IMG/VR virus record: IMGVR_UViG_3300028864_000016
Span: 1-64,000 of that record
Reading direction: 5' to 3' (one strand)
DNA length: 64,000 nt
The position numbers were made by a program, and so were the translations under genes. Shown piece by piece: positions 31,656 to 42,830 of this stretch. Below the pieces are notes generated by a model. The model was not told where the DNA came from, did no database searches, and worked only from the letters and a program-made list of their open reading frames with translations. Each line of letters begins with the position of its first letter. The stretch's first letter is position 1.

Positions 31656-33062
31656 ATGAAAGAAAAAACAGAAATAGTAAAAAAGGAATTATCATTAGAA
31701 TACCTACCACATAGAGGTAAGTTAATTAACTGGAAAGAATTAGTAGGTAAATTTGTACATTTTGTATATGGAGACATTGAGGGATTTATTGAGATTGTAG
31801 AATATTATATAGAAGAAAATAAAATTAAAACAAGATATAAAGACATAGAATATATAACAACAACTAGTAATTTTCAAAAAATAAAAATCTCGAATTGTTT
31901 AGGGATAAAAAGAAAAAACAGTAAAAAAGTAGGGTTTGAATATAATGTAGGGGATATTATAACCACCAATAATGGTAAAATTAAAATAATAAAACAAATT
32001 AGAGTTGGAGAAAAAAATATAAGAAGTTATGAGTATAAGTGCTTAATAGATGGAGATATAGATACCATAAGAGAATATGATTTAATTAAAGGTTGTGGTT
32101 GTAAAGTTTGTTCAAATCATAAAGTAGTGAAAGGTATAAATGACATTGCAACTACTCACCCATATTTAGTGAAGTATTTCAAAAACATAGAAGATACTTA
32201 TACTCATTCATACGGAAGTAAAGATAATTTTATATTCAAATGTCCAGACTGTGGTTGCGAAAAAGAAATGATAATAGTATTTTTTATTAAGCAAAATTAT
32301 TGTTGTCCTAAATGCAGTGATGGAATTTCTGTGGCACAAAAGATAATGTTTAATATTTTTGAACAGTTAAACGTAGATTTTATAACTGAATATAATCCTG
32401 ATTGGATTAAACCTAGAAGGTATGATTTTTACTTTAAAATACAAGATAAAAAATACATACTTGAAACAGATGGTGGTTGGCATATAAAAGATAATAATAG
32501 AAGTGGACAAACCAAGGAAAAATCTAAGTCAATAGATGATTATAAGGATGAGCAAGCTGTTTTAAATGGTATTGAAAAACCAATTAGAATAGATTGTAAT
32601 TATGGAAGTAAGGATAGATTTGAATATATCAGACAAAATATATTAAATAGTAAAAAACTAAATAAATTATTTGATTTAAGTAAAATTGATTGGAATAAAT
32701 GTTTTGATTTTTCATTATCATCAAGAATAAAAGAAGCTTGTGAATATAAGAAAAATAATCCTAATATGGCTACTGGTGATATAAGTAAAATAATGAAATT
32801 ATCACAAAGTAGTATAACAAATTTTCTCAAAGTGGGAAATGAAATGGGTTTATGTTATTATGACACTAAAGAAGAAATTAAAAAAAGTGGAAAGATAAAT
32901 AGTAAAAAAGTTATTTGTTTAGATGATGGATTGATTTTTGATTCAGCTAGAGAAGCAGGACGATTTTATAAATGTCATGGAAACAAAGTTTCAGCAGTAT
33001 GTCGTGGAGAAAGACAGTCTACTGGAGAGCGACATTTTTCATATAATAACATAACCAAATAA
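31656..33062 (+). CDS. Free-standing putative homing endonuclease (zinc ribbons, DUF559/PD-(D/E)xK-like nuclease, NUMOD1-like tail)
   Basis: CKVC, CPDC, CPKC; RYDFYF...ILETDGGWH...DDYKD; FDSAREA...VCRG. Confidence 0.75.
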   Translation: MKEKTEIVKKELSLEYLPHRGKLINWKELVGKFVHFVYGDIEGFIEIVEYYIEENKIKTRYKDIEYITTTSNFQKIKISNCLGIKRKNSKKVGFEYNVGDIITTNNGKIKIIKQIRVGEKNIRSYEYKCLIDGDIDTIREYDLIKGCGCKVCSNHKVVKGINDIATTHPYLVKYFKNIEDTYTHSYGSKDNFIFKCPDCGCEKEMIIVFFIKQNYCCPKCSDGISVAQKIMFNIFEQLNVDFITEYNPDWIKPRRYDFYFKIQDKKYILETDGGWHIKDNNRSGQTKEKSKSIDDYKDEQAVLNGIEKPIRIDCNYGSKDRFEYIRQNILNSKKLNKLFDLSKIDWNKCFDFSLSSRIKEACEYKKNNPNMATGDISKIMKLSQSSITNFLKVGNEMGLCYYDTKEEIKKSGKINSKKVICLDDGLIFDSAREAGRFYKCHGNKVSAVCRGERQSTGERHFSYNNITK

Positions 33063-33369
33063 CACCTTATATCAGATTCATTTACTTAAACATCAAAATA
33101 ACCCTCAATTTCAAGACTTGTCCCATCAAAGGTATTAGTTGTTGTCTAAAAATAGAACGCCTTAGAGAGCCAAATGAATGCGTTTAATCCCTATATATAA
33201 ATATATGCGAGATGTAGTAGAAATATTACATCTTTTTTATGTTTTTAATTATCTTTTAATAAAAGTAGTTTTGTGTAAGAAAAATCATAGATTAATAAAT
33301 TAATAGAAATAAGTATTGAATTAATTATAATAATATGGTAGTATAGGAATTAGGAAAGGAGGGTAAATA

Positions 33370-34236
33370 ATGAGCGAAAAATTTATAATGATACCTAATG
33401 ACTTTATAAATGGAGATAAAAAATTAGAATCTAATAAGTTATTATTATTAACTATATTACTGCAAGGTAGAAGTGGAAGTGATACTTGTTTATTTAGTGT
33501 GAGATACCTATGCCAAAGATTAAATACAACTACTGGCAATACTAATAGAACCAAATATATTATAGATACTTTAAAGTATTTTCAGGACAATGAAATATTA
33601 TTCTTTAGTGATAACATAGAATGTGATAATGAAATAAATATAGAAGAAACAACTAAACAAAATAAAACAGATATATTCTTTGCTGAATTAATAAATGATA
33701 TGGAGAATAATTTTACCATACTATATTATAAAGAGTTGAAAGCAATATTGGATTATTGTAATGATCATAAAATTGACAGATATTTAATTACACATTTATA
33801 TCTATACATAATGAGATTAATAGAAAATAATGAACAATCAGAAATATATAAATTAGCATTTCCATCAATAGAAGGAATAGCCGTATTATTAGATATAAGC
33901 GAGAATACAGTATTAAAATACATAAAGGCTTTAAAAGATGGAATGGGATTATTATATTATGATAATATAGGCTATAAAATAGTTAATGGAAAATATAAAG
34001 CAACTAAAACATATTATTGCAGAATGGTAGATAAAGAATTATTAGACAATAGAATATTAATTGAAAATAAAGATAAGTCTGTAATACCATTGAATAAGCA
34101 AGAGAAAAGTAAAATAAATAATAAAAGATCATTAAAACAAAAGATTAATATTTTAAATAAAAAGGTAGATAAGACAGAAAATGAAATAGAAATATTAAAA
34201 TCACTAGAAGACCAATACAAAAAACTAATAAAATAA
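33370..34236 (+). CDS. Winged-helix protein, replication-initiator/organizer-like
   Basis: FIMIPN N-terminus; AFPSIEGIA.LL.ISENTV.KYI..L HTH. Confidence 0.6.
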   Translation: MSEKFIMIPNDFINGDKKLESNKLLLLTILLQGRSGSDTCLFSVRYLCQRLNTTTGNTNRTKYIIDTLKYFQDNEILFFSDNIECDNEINIEETTKQNKTDIFFAELINDMENNFTILYYKELKAILDYCNDHKIDRYLITHLYLYIMRLIENNEQSEIYKLAFPSIEGIAVLLDISENTVLKYIKALKDGMGLLYYDNIGYKIVNGKYKATKTYYCRMVDKELLDNRILIENKDKSVIPLNKQEKSKINNKRSLKQKINILNKKVDKTENEIEILKSLEDQYKKLIK

Positions 34237-34606
34237 AAGACACAAAAAGAAAAACTAATGCGTCAGCAAGAAAATCTTATTAGTAAATTTAGTTATATTA
34301 GTATTTAGTATTATTAGTTAACTTCATTCTGAATGGGTCTCAGACAAAACGACTCAAGTCGGAGTTTGCTGATAACAATAAGGTCTTATAAAATAGATAT
34401 AGTCCTTTATGCTCTCAGACTAAAATGACGTTATTTGACTTGATAGTGTTAGCTAAAAAAGTGCAAATCAACATTTAAACAAATTAAAAGAAATAAGCTT
34501 GACAAAGTTAAATAATAGTAGTAGAATAAAGATATGGAAAAGATAGTAATTAAATCACTAAACTTCCATAGTAATCAATAAACAAATTAATGCGAACAGA
34601 AAGAAG

Positions 34607-34822
34607 GTGAGGATTATGAGTAATGTAATTCAATTTGCATCATTTAAATCAAGAAAGGAGGAATTAGACTTATATGAAAGGAATCAAGCTAGATTTGATG
34701 AATTGAAACCAAGGAGTTTTAGTCAAACTTTGAATTCTGAAGAAGAAATTGAGTTTGATGAATTATATAACTGGTTACAAATACATAATACAGACAAAAA
34801 TACAACAAAAGTGGCTTACTAG
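34607..34822 (+). CDS. Hypothetical protein
   Basis: ORF after TTGACA-17-TAGAAT promoter. Confidence 0.6.
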   Translation: MRIMSNVIQFASFKSRKEELDLYERNQARFDELKPRSFSQTLNSEEEIEFDELYNWLQIHNTDKNTTKVAY

Positions 34823-34861
34823 AATAAAATAAATTAATAGTATTAAAAAGGAGTGAATTAA

Positions 34862-35479
34862 TTGGTTATTGTTATAGATTTAGATAGTACAACCATAGAT
34901 ACTTGTAAATCAATAATTAACTTACATAACAAACTAAATGATAAAAAGATATTATATCAAGATAATTACACATGGAACTTCTCACCGATGATAAAAAACA
35001 AGGAAGAATTAAGTGAATTGTTTAAATTATTTGACCATGAGGATTTCTATGGAGATACATTAGTTGTATTTAATAAAGCTATAGAAATAATAAAGGAGTT
35101 ATCTAATGACAACATTGTAAAAATAGCAACAAAACATGATATGTTAAGACGACCAATAACACAAAGATGGATAAAAGAAACTTTTCCAAATGTAGAATTA
35201 ATATTTTTAGACAGTTTTGATAAATCAAGCGTAGGTAAATGTGATATATTCATTGATGATAAAATAGAAGCAATTGAGAGCATGAATGGTTTAGCTGATT
35301 ATAGAGTAGTATTTGGAGTTTATGACTGGAATAAACAATACAATGGTTTAAGATCAAGTGATTGGAGTGAATTATATAAAATGATTAAAAATATTGAGAA
35401 TACAATAAAAAATAACAAATTAATAGAAATAAGTAATAATAAGAAAGAAAAGGATGGTATAGAAAGATGGGAATTTTAA
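34862..35479 (+). CDS. HAD-family 5'(3')-deoxyribonucleotidase (NT5C-like)
   Basis: IDLDSTTID motif I, FIDDK motif IV, YDWN. Confidence 0.8.
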   Translation: MVIVIDLDSTTIDTCKSIINLHNKLNDKKILYQDNYTWNFSPMIKNKEELSELFKLFDHEDFYGDTLVVFNKAIEIIKELSNDNIVKIATKHDMLRRPITQRWIKETFPNVELIFLDSFDKSSVGKCDIFIDDKIEAIESMNGLADYRVVFGVYDWNKQYNGLRSSDWSELYKMIKNIENTIKNNKLIEISNNKKEKDGIERWEF

Positions 35480-35685
35480 AAGTAACAGAACAAAGGAAAA
35501 ATTTTAATAGAGAATGGAATCAATATTTAGGAGGGTTTTACGATGATTACAGTTATTTAGATGAATATAGTACGGGGAGTAAGTGTGATTGGATGACGGA
35601 GGCATATCTACTGGGTATAGATGTAACAGGGAAATTAAAACCATCAGACATACATAAAGTTAAGAGATATAATAAAGATAAGTAA
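35467..35685 (+). CDS. Hypothetical protein
   Basis: 72 aa ORF overlapping upstream stop. Confidence 0.6.
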   Translation: MGILKVTEQRKNFNREWNQYLGGFYDDYSYLDEYSTGSKCDWMTEAYLLGIDVTGKLKPSDIHKVKRYNKDK

Positions 35686-35724
35686 TACATATTAATAAAT
35701 TAATAGAAATAAGGAGGAAATATA

Positions 35725-36198
35725 ATGTTAAAGTATCGTAATACATATAGGGTGGTAGTTGAGTTCGATAGAAATACATTACAGCCAGCAAATAAAGAAG
35801 ACTTATACATATATTGTAGTAATAAAGGACAAGTTTATCGTTATAATGAGAATACGTTGGTATATTATAGGGATGGTGTTCTATCGAATAAACTAATAGA
35901 GAAACTAGATAGTTTAAAAATTAATTATAAAAATATGACTCAATCAGAAGTATTAATACATTTTGATGAAAAAGATTTAGATAAGTTAGTAGATGTATTT
36001 AATATAAGAACTAGTGGAGCAGGAATAAGTCCATTTAGTCAAAAGAATTTAAAGTTATTTAAATGGTTTAGAAATAATGAAGATACATATAGAAAAGCTG
36101 GATTGCTAAATGAAAATAAAAGAGAGTTGTCTGATGAAGAAAGAGAAGTATTAAGACAACGTATGATATTAGCTAGAGAGAAACGTAATAGGTGTTAA
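35725..36198 (+). CDS. Hypothetical phage protein
   Basis: AGGAGG RBS; C-terminal RELSDEEREVLRQRM. Confidence 0.7.
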   Translation: MLKYRNTYRVVVEFDRNTLQPANKEDLYIYCSNKGQVYRYNENTLVYYRDGVLSNKLIEKLDSLKINYKNMTQSEVLIHFDEKDLDKLVDVFNIRTSGAGISPFSQKNLKLFKWFRNNEDTYRKAGLLNENKRELSDEEREVLRQRMILAREKRNRC

Positions 36199-36559
36199 AA
36201 AGTATTTACTCAGATTAAAACATTTAGTCTATTTCAGGTTCTAGCATACGTAGTCGAATAAGTTGTTAAGTCAATATTTTTATATTAAATTCAGATAAAG
36301 TTTTGATTTAATTATATATGTTATTAAATTAAAAATATTTGGGTTTTAATTTTAAAAATTAGTTAGTAATATACTTTGTTGACTAAGTAATAAAAACGTC
36401 TTAGAATTAAAATCTTTTGGTTTCAGTAAATAAAAACTGATAAAGAATAGTGTATTGTATAATGATTAATAAATTAATATAAATAAAGTTTAAATCAAAT
36501 GCGTGTTTTTTTGGGAATTTAAAATAAATAAAGAATGAAAAATAAAGGAGAAATGTAAA

Positions 36560-37225
36560 ATGGAAATGAGTAGTAAAATAAAAGAAATATTATCATCAGT
36601 AGATAATTTGGTAAATGAAATTAAAAGAAACGGGTTTGATATACTAGATGAATATAAAGTATTAGATAATAAATTTGAAAATGGAATAATACAAGACATA
36701 TGCTTTGAATTGAAAGATAATCCATTAGATAGAGATTGGGATTACAACGGTTGTATAATTTTAATATTTGAGTATAAAGATGATAAAATTCAATGTCAAA
36801 TTCAATCAGAATCAGTAACAGATGATATAAATTATTCTAATTTTGCAAAATATAATAATTATTGTGATTCTGAAGAAGAATTGCCTGATTTCAAGAATGA
36901 AACTGATTTTGACAATAAATTTTATTGTAATTTTAATAACCATTATGATACAAAGTATTTTAAAACTATTAATATTTTTAAAAATATAACAAAATATGTA
37001 ATCAAAGCAGACTTAAATATTAAAGAATGTATTGAGACTCAAGAAAAAATTGATGAATTTGAATATAAATATTATGAAAAAATACTAGATTTAGATTCAG
37101 ATAATAAATATGGAAAAGCTTATGATGAATTGACAGAAGAAGAACAAGAAGAACTTGATGATGAAAGAGAGGGTATTGCAACTTATAACATGATGGTAAG
37201 AGAAGGTTGGATTGATGAAGATTAA
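36560..37225 (+). CDS. Acidic hypothetical protein
   Basis: AGGAG RBS, 221 aa. Confidence 0.7.
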   Translation: MEMSSKIKEILSSVDNLVNEIKRNGFDILDEYKVLDNKFENGIIQDICFELKDNPLDRDWDYNGCIILIFEYKDDKIQCQIQSESVTDDINYSNFAKYNNYCDSEEELPDFKNETDFDNKFYCNFNNHYDTKYFKTINIFKNITKYVIKADLNIKECIETQEKIDEFEYKYYEKILDLDSDNKYGKAYDELTEEEQEELDDEREGIATYNMMVREGWIDED

Positions 37226-37265
37226 TCATAAAAAAATTAATTTATAATAAAGGGAGAGTGACAGA

Positions 37266-40046
37266 ATGTCTAAGCAATTGTATAGTCAAAGATTTATATT
37301 AAAAATCCATTCATCAAGATTAAAGTTAAGCAAATGGAGCTTGGATATAAATTTAAAAGAAGCTAGAGACAATGAAGAATTAATATCATTAGGGGATGGT
37401 CAGTTATTAAGATTCATAAGAGAAATACGAAATATTAACAACACAGAAAAACAAATTAAAGAAATCAAAAAGGAAATTAAAGATGTAAAAAATGATAAGA
37501 ATAGTAAAAAAAATAAAGAAAAAATAATGGAATTATATAATGAATTGGATAAAATGTTATATATCAAAGATTATATAGCAATTGTATTTGATAAAAAATC
37601 AGATTTTGATAGAGCAACTGGAAAGAAAGGTGTATTTATAAATGGGAAGAGATATAAAAGATTAATTGGTACTACTGGAGGTGTAAAAGGAAATACAGTA
37701 ATGTTTTGTACTGAGGAAATACATAAAGAATTAAATGATAGATTAGAAAATGGAAGAAAAAAAGACGTTCCAATAATACCAGCAAAGTTTGAAGCTTATA
37801 AATCATTATCTGCAAGTGTATCTACTCCAGTAACTCAAACAGATAGAATATTAGTTATTAAAGATGGAACTACTCACATAAAAGATAAAGTTATTAGAGT
37901 GTATGATAATGATAAAGGTGGATTTAAAGTAGACCATAATGTTGAATATGAAGCTGACAAAGACTTTACAGATGGCGGAGGAATGGTAAGACCTTCAATT
38001 ATGGAACAATGGGCTATTGACTTGGGATTAACTAAAGGAGACGATAATGGGGATATAGTTGCTGATTATATCCCAAGTGGAGTAAACTCAAGATGGTCAT
38101 ATGAAAAAGGAATGCTAGTGACTTATGATTTTGAAATGTTTGCAAAAGAAATAGCTGGTACATATGAAGTTATAGATGCTTGGGGAAATAAACATGACAT
38201 TAGAAACATTGATATTATATTAACTACTAATATGCTAAAACTATGGAACGCTTATGATGATATAGACGATTACTTGAACAATTGTAAAAAGAATAATTTT
38301 TTACTAAGTGTTACAAAAGTTACTCCTAAAGAATTAGAAATAAAAAGAAATATGAATTATCAATACTTACAAAGTTATAACTTATCAGATGAAGATATTA
38401 CTGAATTAACATCCGAAACAGTAAATAATATAAAAGATGTTATAAGTGGTGATTATATAAAATCAATTCTATTTTCAAAAGGAATACATATAACAAAAGG
38501 CAATATTCTGAAATCAGATTATGATTATATAAGAGCTTTAACAATAGATAAAAGAGTGTTACAAGATTCATATGTTAAAAGTAAAATATATAAAATGATT
38601 GAAAAAACAATAAAGGAAGCTAAGAAAGGTGTAATTCAAACTAATGGTTCGTACTCAATAATTATAGGCGATATGTATGCACTCTGTCAGTCAATGTTTG
38701 GATTACCAATTACGGGTTTATTGAAAAAAGGAGAATTCTATAGTAGGACTTGGTCAGATAGGGGGAAAAAAGAAATAGTAGGATTCCGTTCACCTATGAC
38801 TTCTCACAATAATGTTAGAAAACATAAATTAGTTGATAATGAAGAATTAAGAAAATGGTTTAAATACATAAGAACTATGACAGTGTTTAATGCTTGGGAT
38901 ACTACAACAGATGCTATGAACGGGGCAGATTTTGATTCAGATGCAGAAATAGAAATAGATGATGATGTCATTACTAGAAATACTAGAAATGAATTAGCTA
39001 TTATTTGTGAACAAAAGTCAGCAAGTAAAGTAAAAGTTACTGAAAGCTTATTAAAAAAATCAAATAAAAATGGTTTTGGTGATGATATTGGAACTATTAC
39101 TAATAGAGTTACTGCAATGTTCGATGTATTAGCTTCATTAAAAGAAGGAACATTAGAATATAAAGAATTAATGGATAGAATAATATGTGGACAAGCATAT
39201 CAACAAGAAAGTATAGATAAAATAAAAGGAATTCAAGCTAAGCAAATGCCTAAACATTGGTATGATTATAAATGTAATAAGGTTAAACTTGAAGATAGTA
39301 AAGAAATAAGCGAAGAAAAAAATAAGAATATTAAATTAATGGTAAACAAAAAGCCTTATTTCTTTATTTATAACTATGACAATTTATTTAATAAATATAG
39401 AACATTTATTAAAAATGTTAAAAATAACTCATTAATTAAATTTGGATTGACTTTAGATGAATTAAAAAATAAGGAAAATAAAACTGAAGATGAGATAAAG
39501 TTTTTAAATTCAATACAATATAAAAGTCCAGTATTTTCAAATCCATGTACTATGAATAAAATATGTTGGAAAATTGAAGATGAATTCAAAGATATTAAAC
39601 TAAAAGTTAATAACTCTGATGGGTTTGACAAAGAGATATTAAAGACTAAGGTAAAATATGATAAAAATACATACTTAGAAATTGAAAATCTATATAGAGA
39701 ATATTTAAGACAACAAAAGCAATTTGGGCAAACTGCAAGATATAAATTAACAAAGGAAGAAAAAGATAGTCAAAGACAAATATTTGTTGAAAATTTTAAA
39801 ACTAAAGCCATTGAGATGTGCTCAAATAGTGAAATATTATGTAATATTGTCATTGATATAACTTATAAGGGCAAGAACCACAGGCAATTTGCATGGGATA
39901 TTTGTGGGGAACAAATCATTGAAAACTTATTAAATAAGAATGACAGGAAATATAAATATCCATTACAAGATAAAAACGGAGATATTGAATGGCAAGGGTT
40001 AAAATTTAAAGTAATAGAATTGGAGGACAAAGTATGCGAGGAGTAA
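37266..40046 (+). CDS. YonO-like single-subunit (RdRP-fold) DNA-dependent RNA polymerase
   Basis: FTDGGG, KGML, FRSP, catalytic-loop NGADFDSD, IGTITN, QESIDK.K; upstream of HU and head genes as in SPbeta. Confidence 0.85.
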   Translation: MSKQLYSQRFILKIHSSRLKLSKWSLDINLKEARDNEELISLGDGQLLRFIREIRNINNTEKQIKEIKKEIKDVKNDKNSKKNKEKIMELYNELDKMLYIKDYIAIVFDKKSDFDRATGKKGVFINGKRYKRLIGTTGGVKGNTVMFCTEEIHKELNDRLENGRKKDVPIIPAKFEAYKSLSASVSTPVTQTDRILVIKDGTTHIKDKVIRVYDNDKGGFKVDHNVEYEADKDFTDGGGMVRPSIMEQWAIDLGLTKGDDNGDIVADYIPSGVNSRWSYEKGMLVTYDFEMFAKEIAGTYEVIDAWGNKHDIRNIDIILTTNMLKLWNAYDDIDDYLNNCKKNNFLLSVTKVTPKELEIKRNMNYQYLQSYNLSDEDITELTSETVNNIKDVISGDYIKSILFSKGIHITKGNILKSDYDYIRALTIDKRVLQDSYVKSKIYKMIEKTIKEAKKGVIQTNGSYSIIIGDMYALCQSMFGLPITGLLKKGEFYSRTWSDRGKKEIVGFRSPMTSHNNVRKHKLVDNEELRKWFKYIRTMTVFNAWDTTTDAMNGADFDSDAEIEIDDDVITRNTRNELAIICEQKSASKVKVTESLLKKSNKNGFGDDIGTITNRVTAMFDVLASLKEGTLEYKELMDRIICGQAYQQESIDKIKGIQAKQMPKHWYDYKCNKVKLEDSKEISEEKNKNIKLMVNKKPYFFIYNYDNLFNKYRTFIKNVKNNSLIKFGLTLDELKNKENKTEDEIKFLNSIQYKSPVFSNPCTMNKICWKIEDEFKDIKLKVNNSDGFDKEILKTKVKYDKNTYLEIENLYREYLRQQKQFGQTARYKLTKEEKDSQRQIFVENFKTKAIEMCSNSEILCNIVIDITYKGKNHRQFAWDICGEQIIENLLNKNDRKYKYPLQDKNGDIEWQGLKFKVIELEDKVCEE

Positions 40047-40804
40047 TATTAAATGAATTGGAAATATATAATAAAGCTATTGATAAAAATGAGATATCAG
40101 ATAAACCATTAGAAACGCTAAGAATATTAACAAAGAATTATTTCAAGGATGGTATGGATAAAGAACAAATAGTTGAAACATTACATAGATTTATGGCTGG
40201 AAATTATATAGGTTATAAACAAACTAAGTGGCAACCTGTATTGGAACAAATGATAAAAAGCGTATCAAAATATGATTCTTATGAATTATTAAATATTAAA
40301 AGAATCTCAATAACTAAAGAAGAATGGAATAATATATTAACATTAAATAATGACATATTAGAAAGAATATCATTTATAATGTTAATATATCAAAAGATAA
40401 ATATTATAAAAAATCCAAAAAGCAATGGATGGATAAATAATTGTATCTCTGATATTTTTAGGGAAGCAAAAGTTGGATATACAGGAGACGAACAAAAGAA
40501 GTTTTTATACAACCTATATGAGAATGAATATATATTAATGAAAAATACATGTGATTCAAGTTCTCTAAAAATAAATTATATAAATGTAGAGAGTGAAGAA
40601 TTCATATATATTGATAACTTTGAAAATGTTATTAGCTACTATTATGAATATAAGAATAGTGAAGTTTGGAAAGAATGTGAATGTTGTAAGAAAAGATTTA
40701 AACTAAAGACTAAAAATAGTAATCAAAAATACTGTAATAAATGTGCAAAACAAATAAAAAACGAACAAAATAAAAAGTATTATTATAAAAATAATAAATT
40801 TTAG
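40034..40804 (+). CDS. Protein coupled to RNAP gene with C-terminal Zn finger
   Basis: CECC...YCNKC; overlaps RNAP stop. Confidence 0.7.
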   Translation: MRGVILNELEIYNKAIDKNEISDKPLETLRILTKNYFKDGMDKEQIVETLHRFMAGNYIGYKQTKWQPVLEQMIKSVSKYDSYELLNIKRISITKEEWNNILTLNNDILERISFIMLIYQKINIIKNPKSNGWINNCISDIFREAKVGYTGDEQKKFLYNLYENEYILMKNTCDSSSLKINYINVESEEFIYIDNFENVISYYYEYKNSEVWKECECCKKRFKLKTKNSNQKYCNKCAKQIKNEQNKKYYYKNNKF

Positions 40805-41200
40805 GAAAACGTAAAACTACAACAAACGTGATAACCATGCGTGTTTGAATGGTGTGAAAATCAAGAATTCCGATAATCTAATATGGTAGGTAATAGTATA
40901 ATTTTCTAAACCTACAAGTCACTATATGTAGTCATAAATGTGGCGATATACTTTTTAATTTTTTCATAACATTTCATTTTACCCCTTTATTTATTTAACT
41001 TTTCTCTCTCCTAAATGGACGTTCGGTTATATAACAGATAACTGGCGTTCATTAGAGAGAAAGAGTAAAAAATAAATGTGAACGAAATAAATTAATAGAA
41101 GAATAAAAACCAATAAACTTACAGTTTTAATGTCTAATTCAACTGAAAAGTTGTTTTAAAATATATAAGGGTAGTGACCAAGCACTAAAGGAGAATAGAT

Positions 41201-41668
41201 ATGAATAATAAGCAACAATTAGAACTAATTAAAATTAAAGAAGATGCTATTATGGATGAAATTGAAGAACTAAAAAGACTTTATGATTTAGATATTATAG
41301 AAGAGTATAGAAACTTTAATAATGTATTTATATCGTCTGTAAAAACACTATCACAAATAATGAGAAGTACAATAATATCTAGATATCACAGTAATGACAT
41401 CATATCTACTGGCAAGTTTTGTGTAAATGGAGAAGTTGTTGAAGAAGAAATGAAAAATACACTTACAAAAATAAATCCTATTATAGTTGATTTTATTAAT
41501 GATATGATTAATAAGTTTACAAATAAGTCAAAAAATTTATTGAAATTAAGACAGAATGCAACAAGTGAAGATTTTGATTTAGATGGTATTATGTATCCAA
41601 AGTATGCAAAAGGTTATAAATATACTCAACAAATAATAGATGATTATATGAGACTATTAATGGATTAG
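41201..41668 (+). CDS. Hypothetical protein
   Basis: AAGGAG RBS. Confidence 0.65.
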   Translation: MNNKQQLELIKIKEDAIMDEIEELKRLYDLDIIEEYRNFNNVFISSVKTLSQIMRSTIISRYHSNDIISTGKFCVNGEVVEEEMKNTLTKINPIIVDFINDMINKFTNKSKNLLKLRQNATSEDFDLDGIMYPKYAKGYKYTQQIIDDYMRLLMD

Positions 41669-41720
41669 TAATTAAAACAAATTAATGTTTTAAAATATAT
41701 TTAAAAAGAAGGAATGTTGT

Positions 41721-42275
41721 ATGTTAGATAATAAAGAACAAGAATACTTAAACAGATATGCTTATTTAGATTGTGGAGGTATTAAATTTTCTAAATTTGA
41801 TAAAGAAGAATTTAAAATCACTTGGCAGAATAAAGTTATGATTGATAAAAACTGGAATTCAACAATTATATTAGTCAAAACTGTTACTACAAATGATGAT
41901 TTAGAAAAAATAAATATTGGTGATATATTTGATTTAGAATTAAAATTTGCAATAAAAAATACAATTAATAATAAATTAGACATTAGATATAATAAGTATA
42001 AATTAATGTATTTTGTAAAAGAATTAAGAATACATACTGGTGATACTTTGATAGATACAGTAAGGATATTTACTGATAACAAAGACGATTTAGATGGTAT
42101 AGATTCAATTATTACAAGAGAAGAAAATCAACAATTAAGAAATACTATGTATAAATTAAGACCTAACAATGTTACATATAATGTAAATTGCGATTTTAAT
42201 GATTTAAATACTAATGCCGAAAAATTTATAGAAGAAATTAGTAAAATCACAGAGAGACAAATTAAATATAGATAA
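41721..42275 (+). CDS. Hypothetical protein
   Basis: AAGGA RBS. Confidence 0.65.
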   Translation: MLDNKEQEYLNRYAYLDCGGIKFSKFDKEEFKITWQNKVMIDKNWNSTIILVKTVTTNDDLEKINIGDIFDLELKFAIKNTINNKLDIRYNKYKLMYFVKELRIHTGDTLIDTVRIFTDNKDDLDGIDSIITREENQQLRNTMYKLRPNNVTYNVNCDFNDLNTNAEKFIEEISKITERQIKYR

Positions 42276-42378
42276 AATATAACTTTTAAGTTAATAAATT
42301 AATAGAACGATAATTAGTAAATATCCCTATCAAGGGTTATAAATAAAAAATTAGAGAGAAGAAAGAGGAGATTTTAAA

Positions 42379-42684
42379 ATGAACAAAGAAGGATTATTAG
42401 AATTAACAAAAAATGCATTAGGACTAGAAACAAAAAAAGAAGCTGAGGGTTTTCTAAAAGAAGTAGATGCTCTAATGGAAGCATTATCTAATGGATTAGA
42501 AGTAGGACAAAAAGTTAAGGCTGGTAAATACATAGAAGTAGAAAAGAAACATGTTGAAGCTAAACATTCGGATGCTAGAGTAGGAAGAAATCCTAGTACC
42601 GGAGAACCAATAAATATTGATGCTAAGGATTATCCAGCATATGATAAAGTTACAATTAAAGCAACTAAAGCTTTAAATAAGTAA
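42379..42684 (+). CDS. HU-family DNA-binding protein (YonN-like)
   Basis: MNK..L...; ARVGRNPSTGEPINI.A; K.LK. Confidence 0.88.
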   Translation: MNKEGLLELTKNALGLETKKEAEGFLKEVDALMEALSNGLEVGQKVKAGKYIEVEKKHVEAKHSDARVGRNPSTGEPINIDAKDYPAYDKVTIKATKALNK

Positions 42685-42830
42685 TAAGACATTTGAGAAG
42701 GATTAGATTAGAAATGATTTAGTTCTTCTTTTTTATTAAAACAAATTAATAAAATATTGATAACTATACTATTATATGTTATTATAGTTATATAAGTTCT
42801 AAGAGGTATCTTTAAAAGCCCCTTTCAAAT

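Noticed and set aside
37266-40046. RNA-virus or RNAi-type RNA-dependent RNA polymerase
   Set aside because: Context matches DNA-dependent YonO-type phage polymerases
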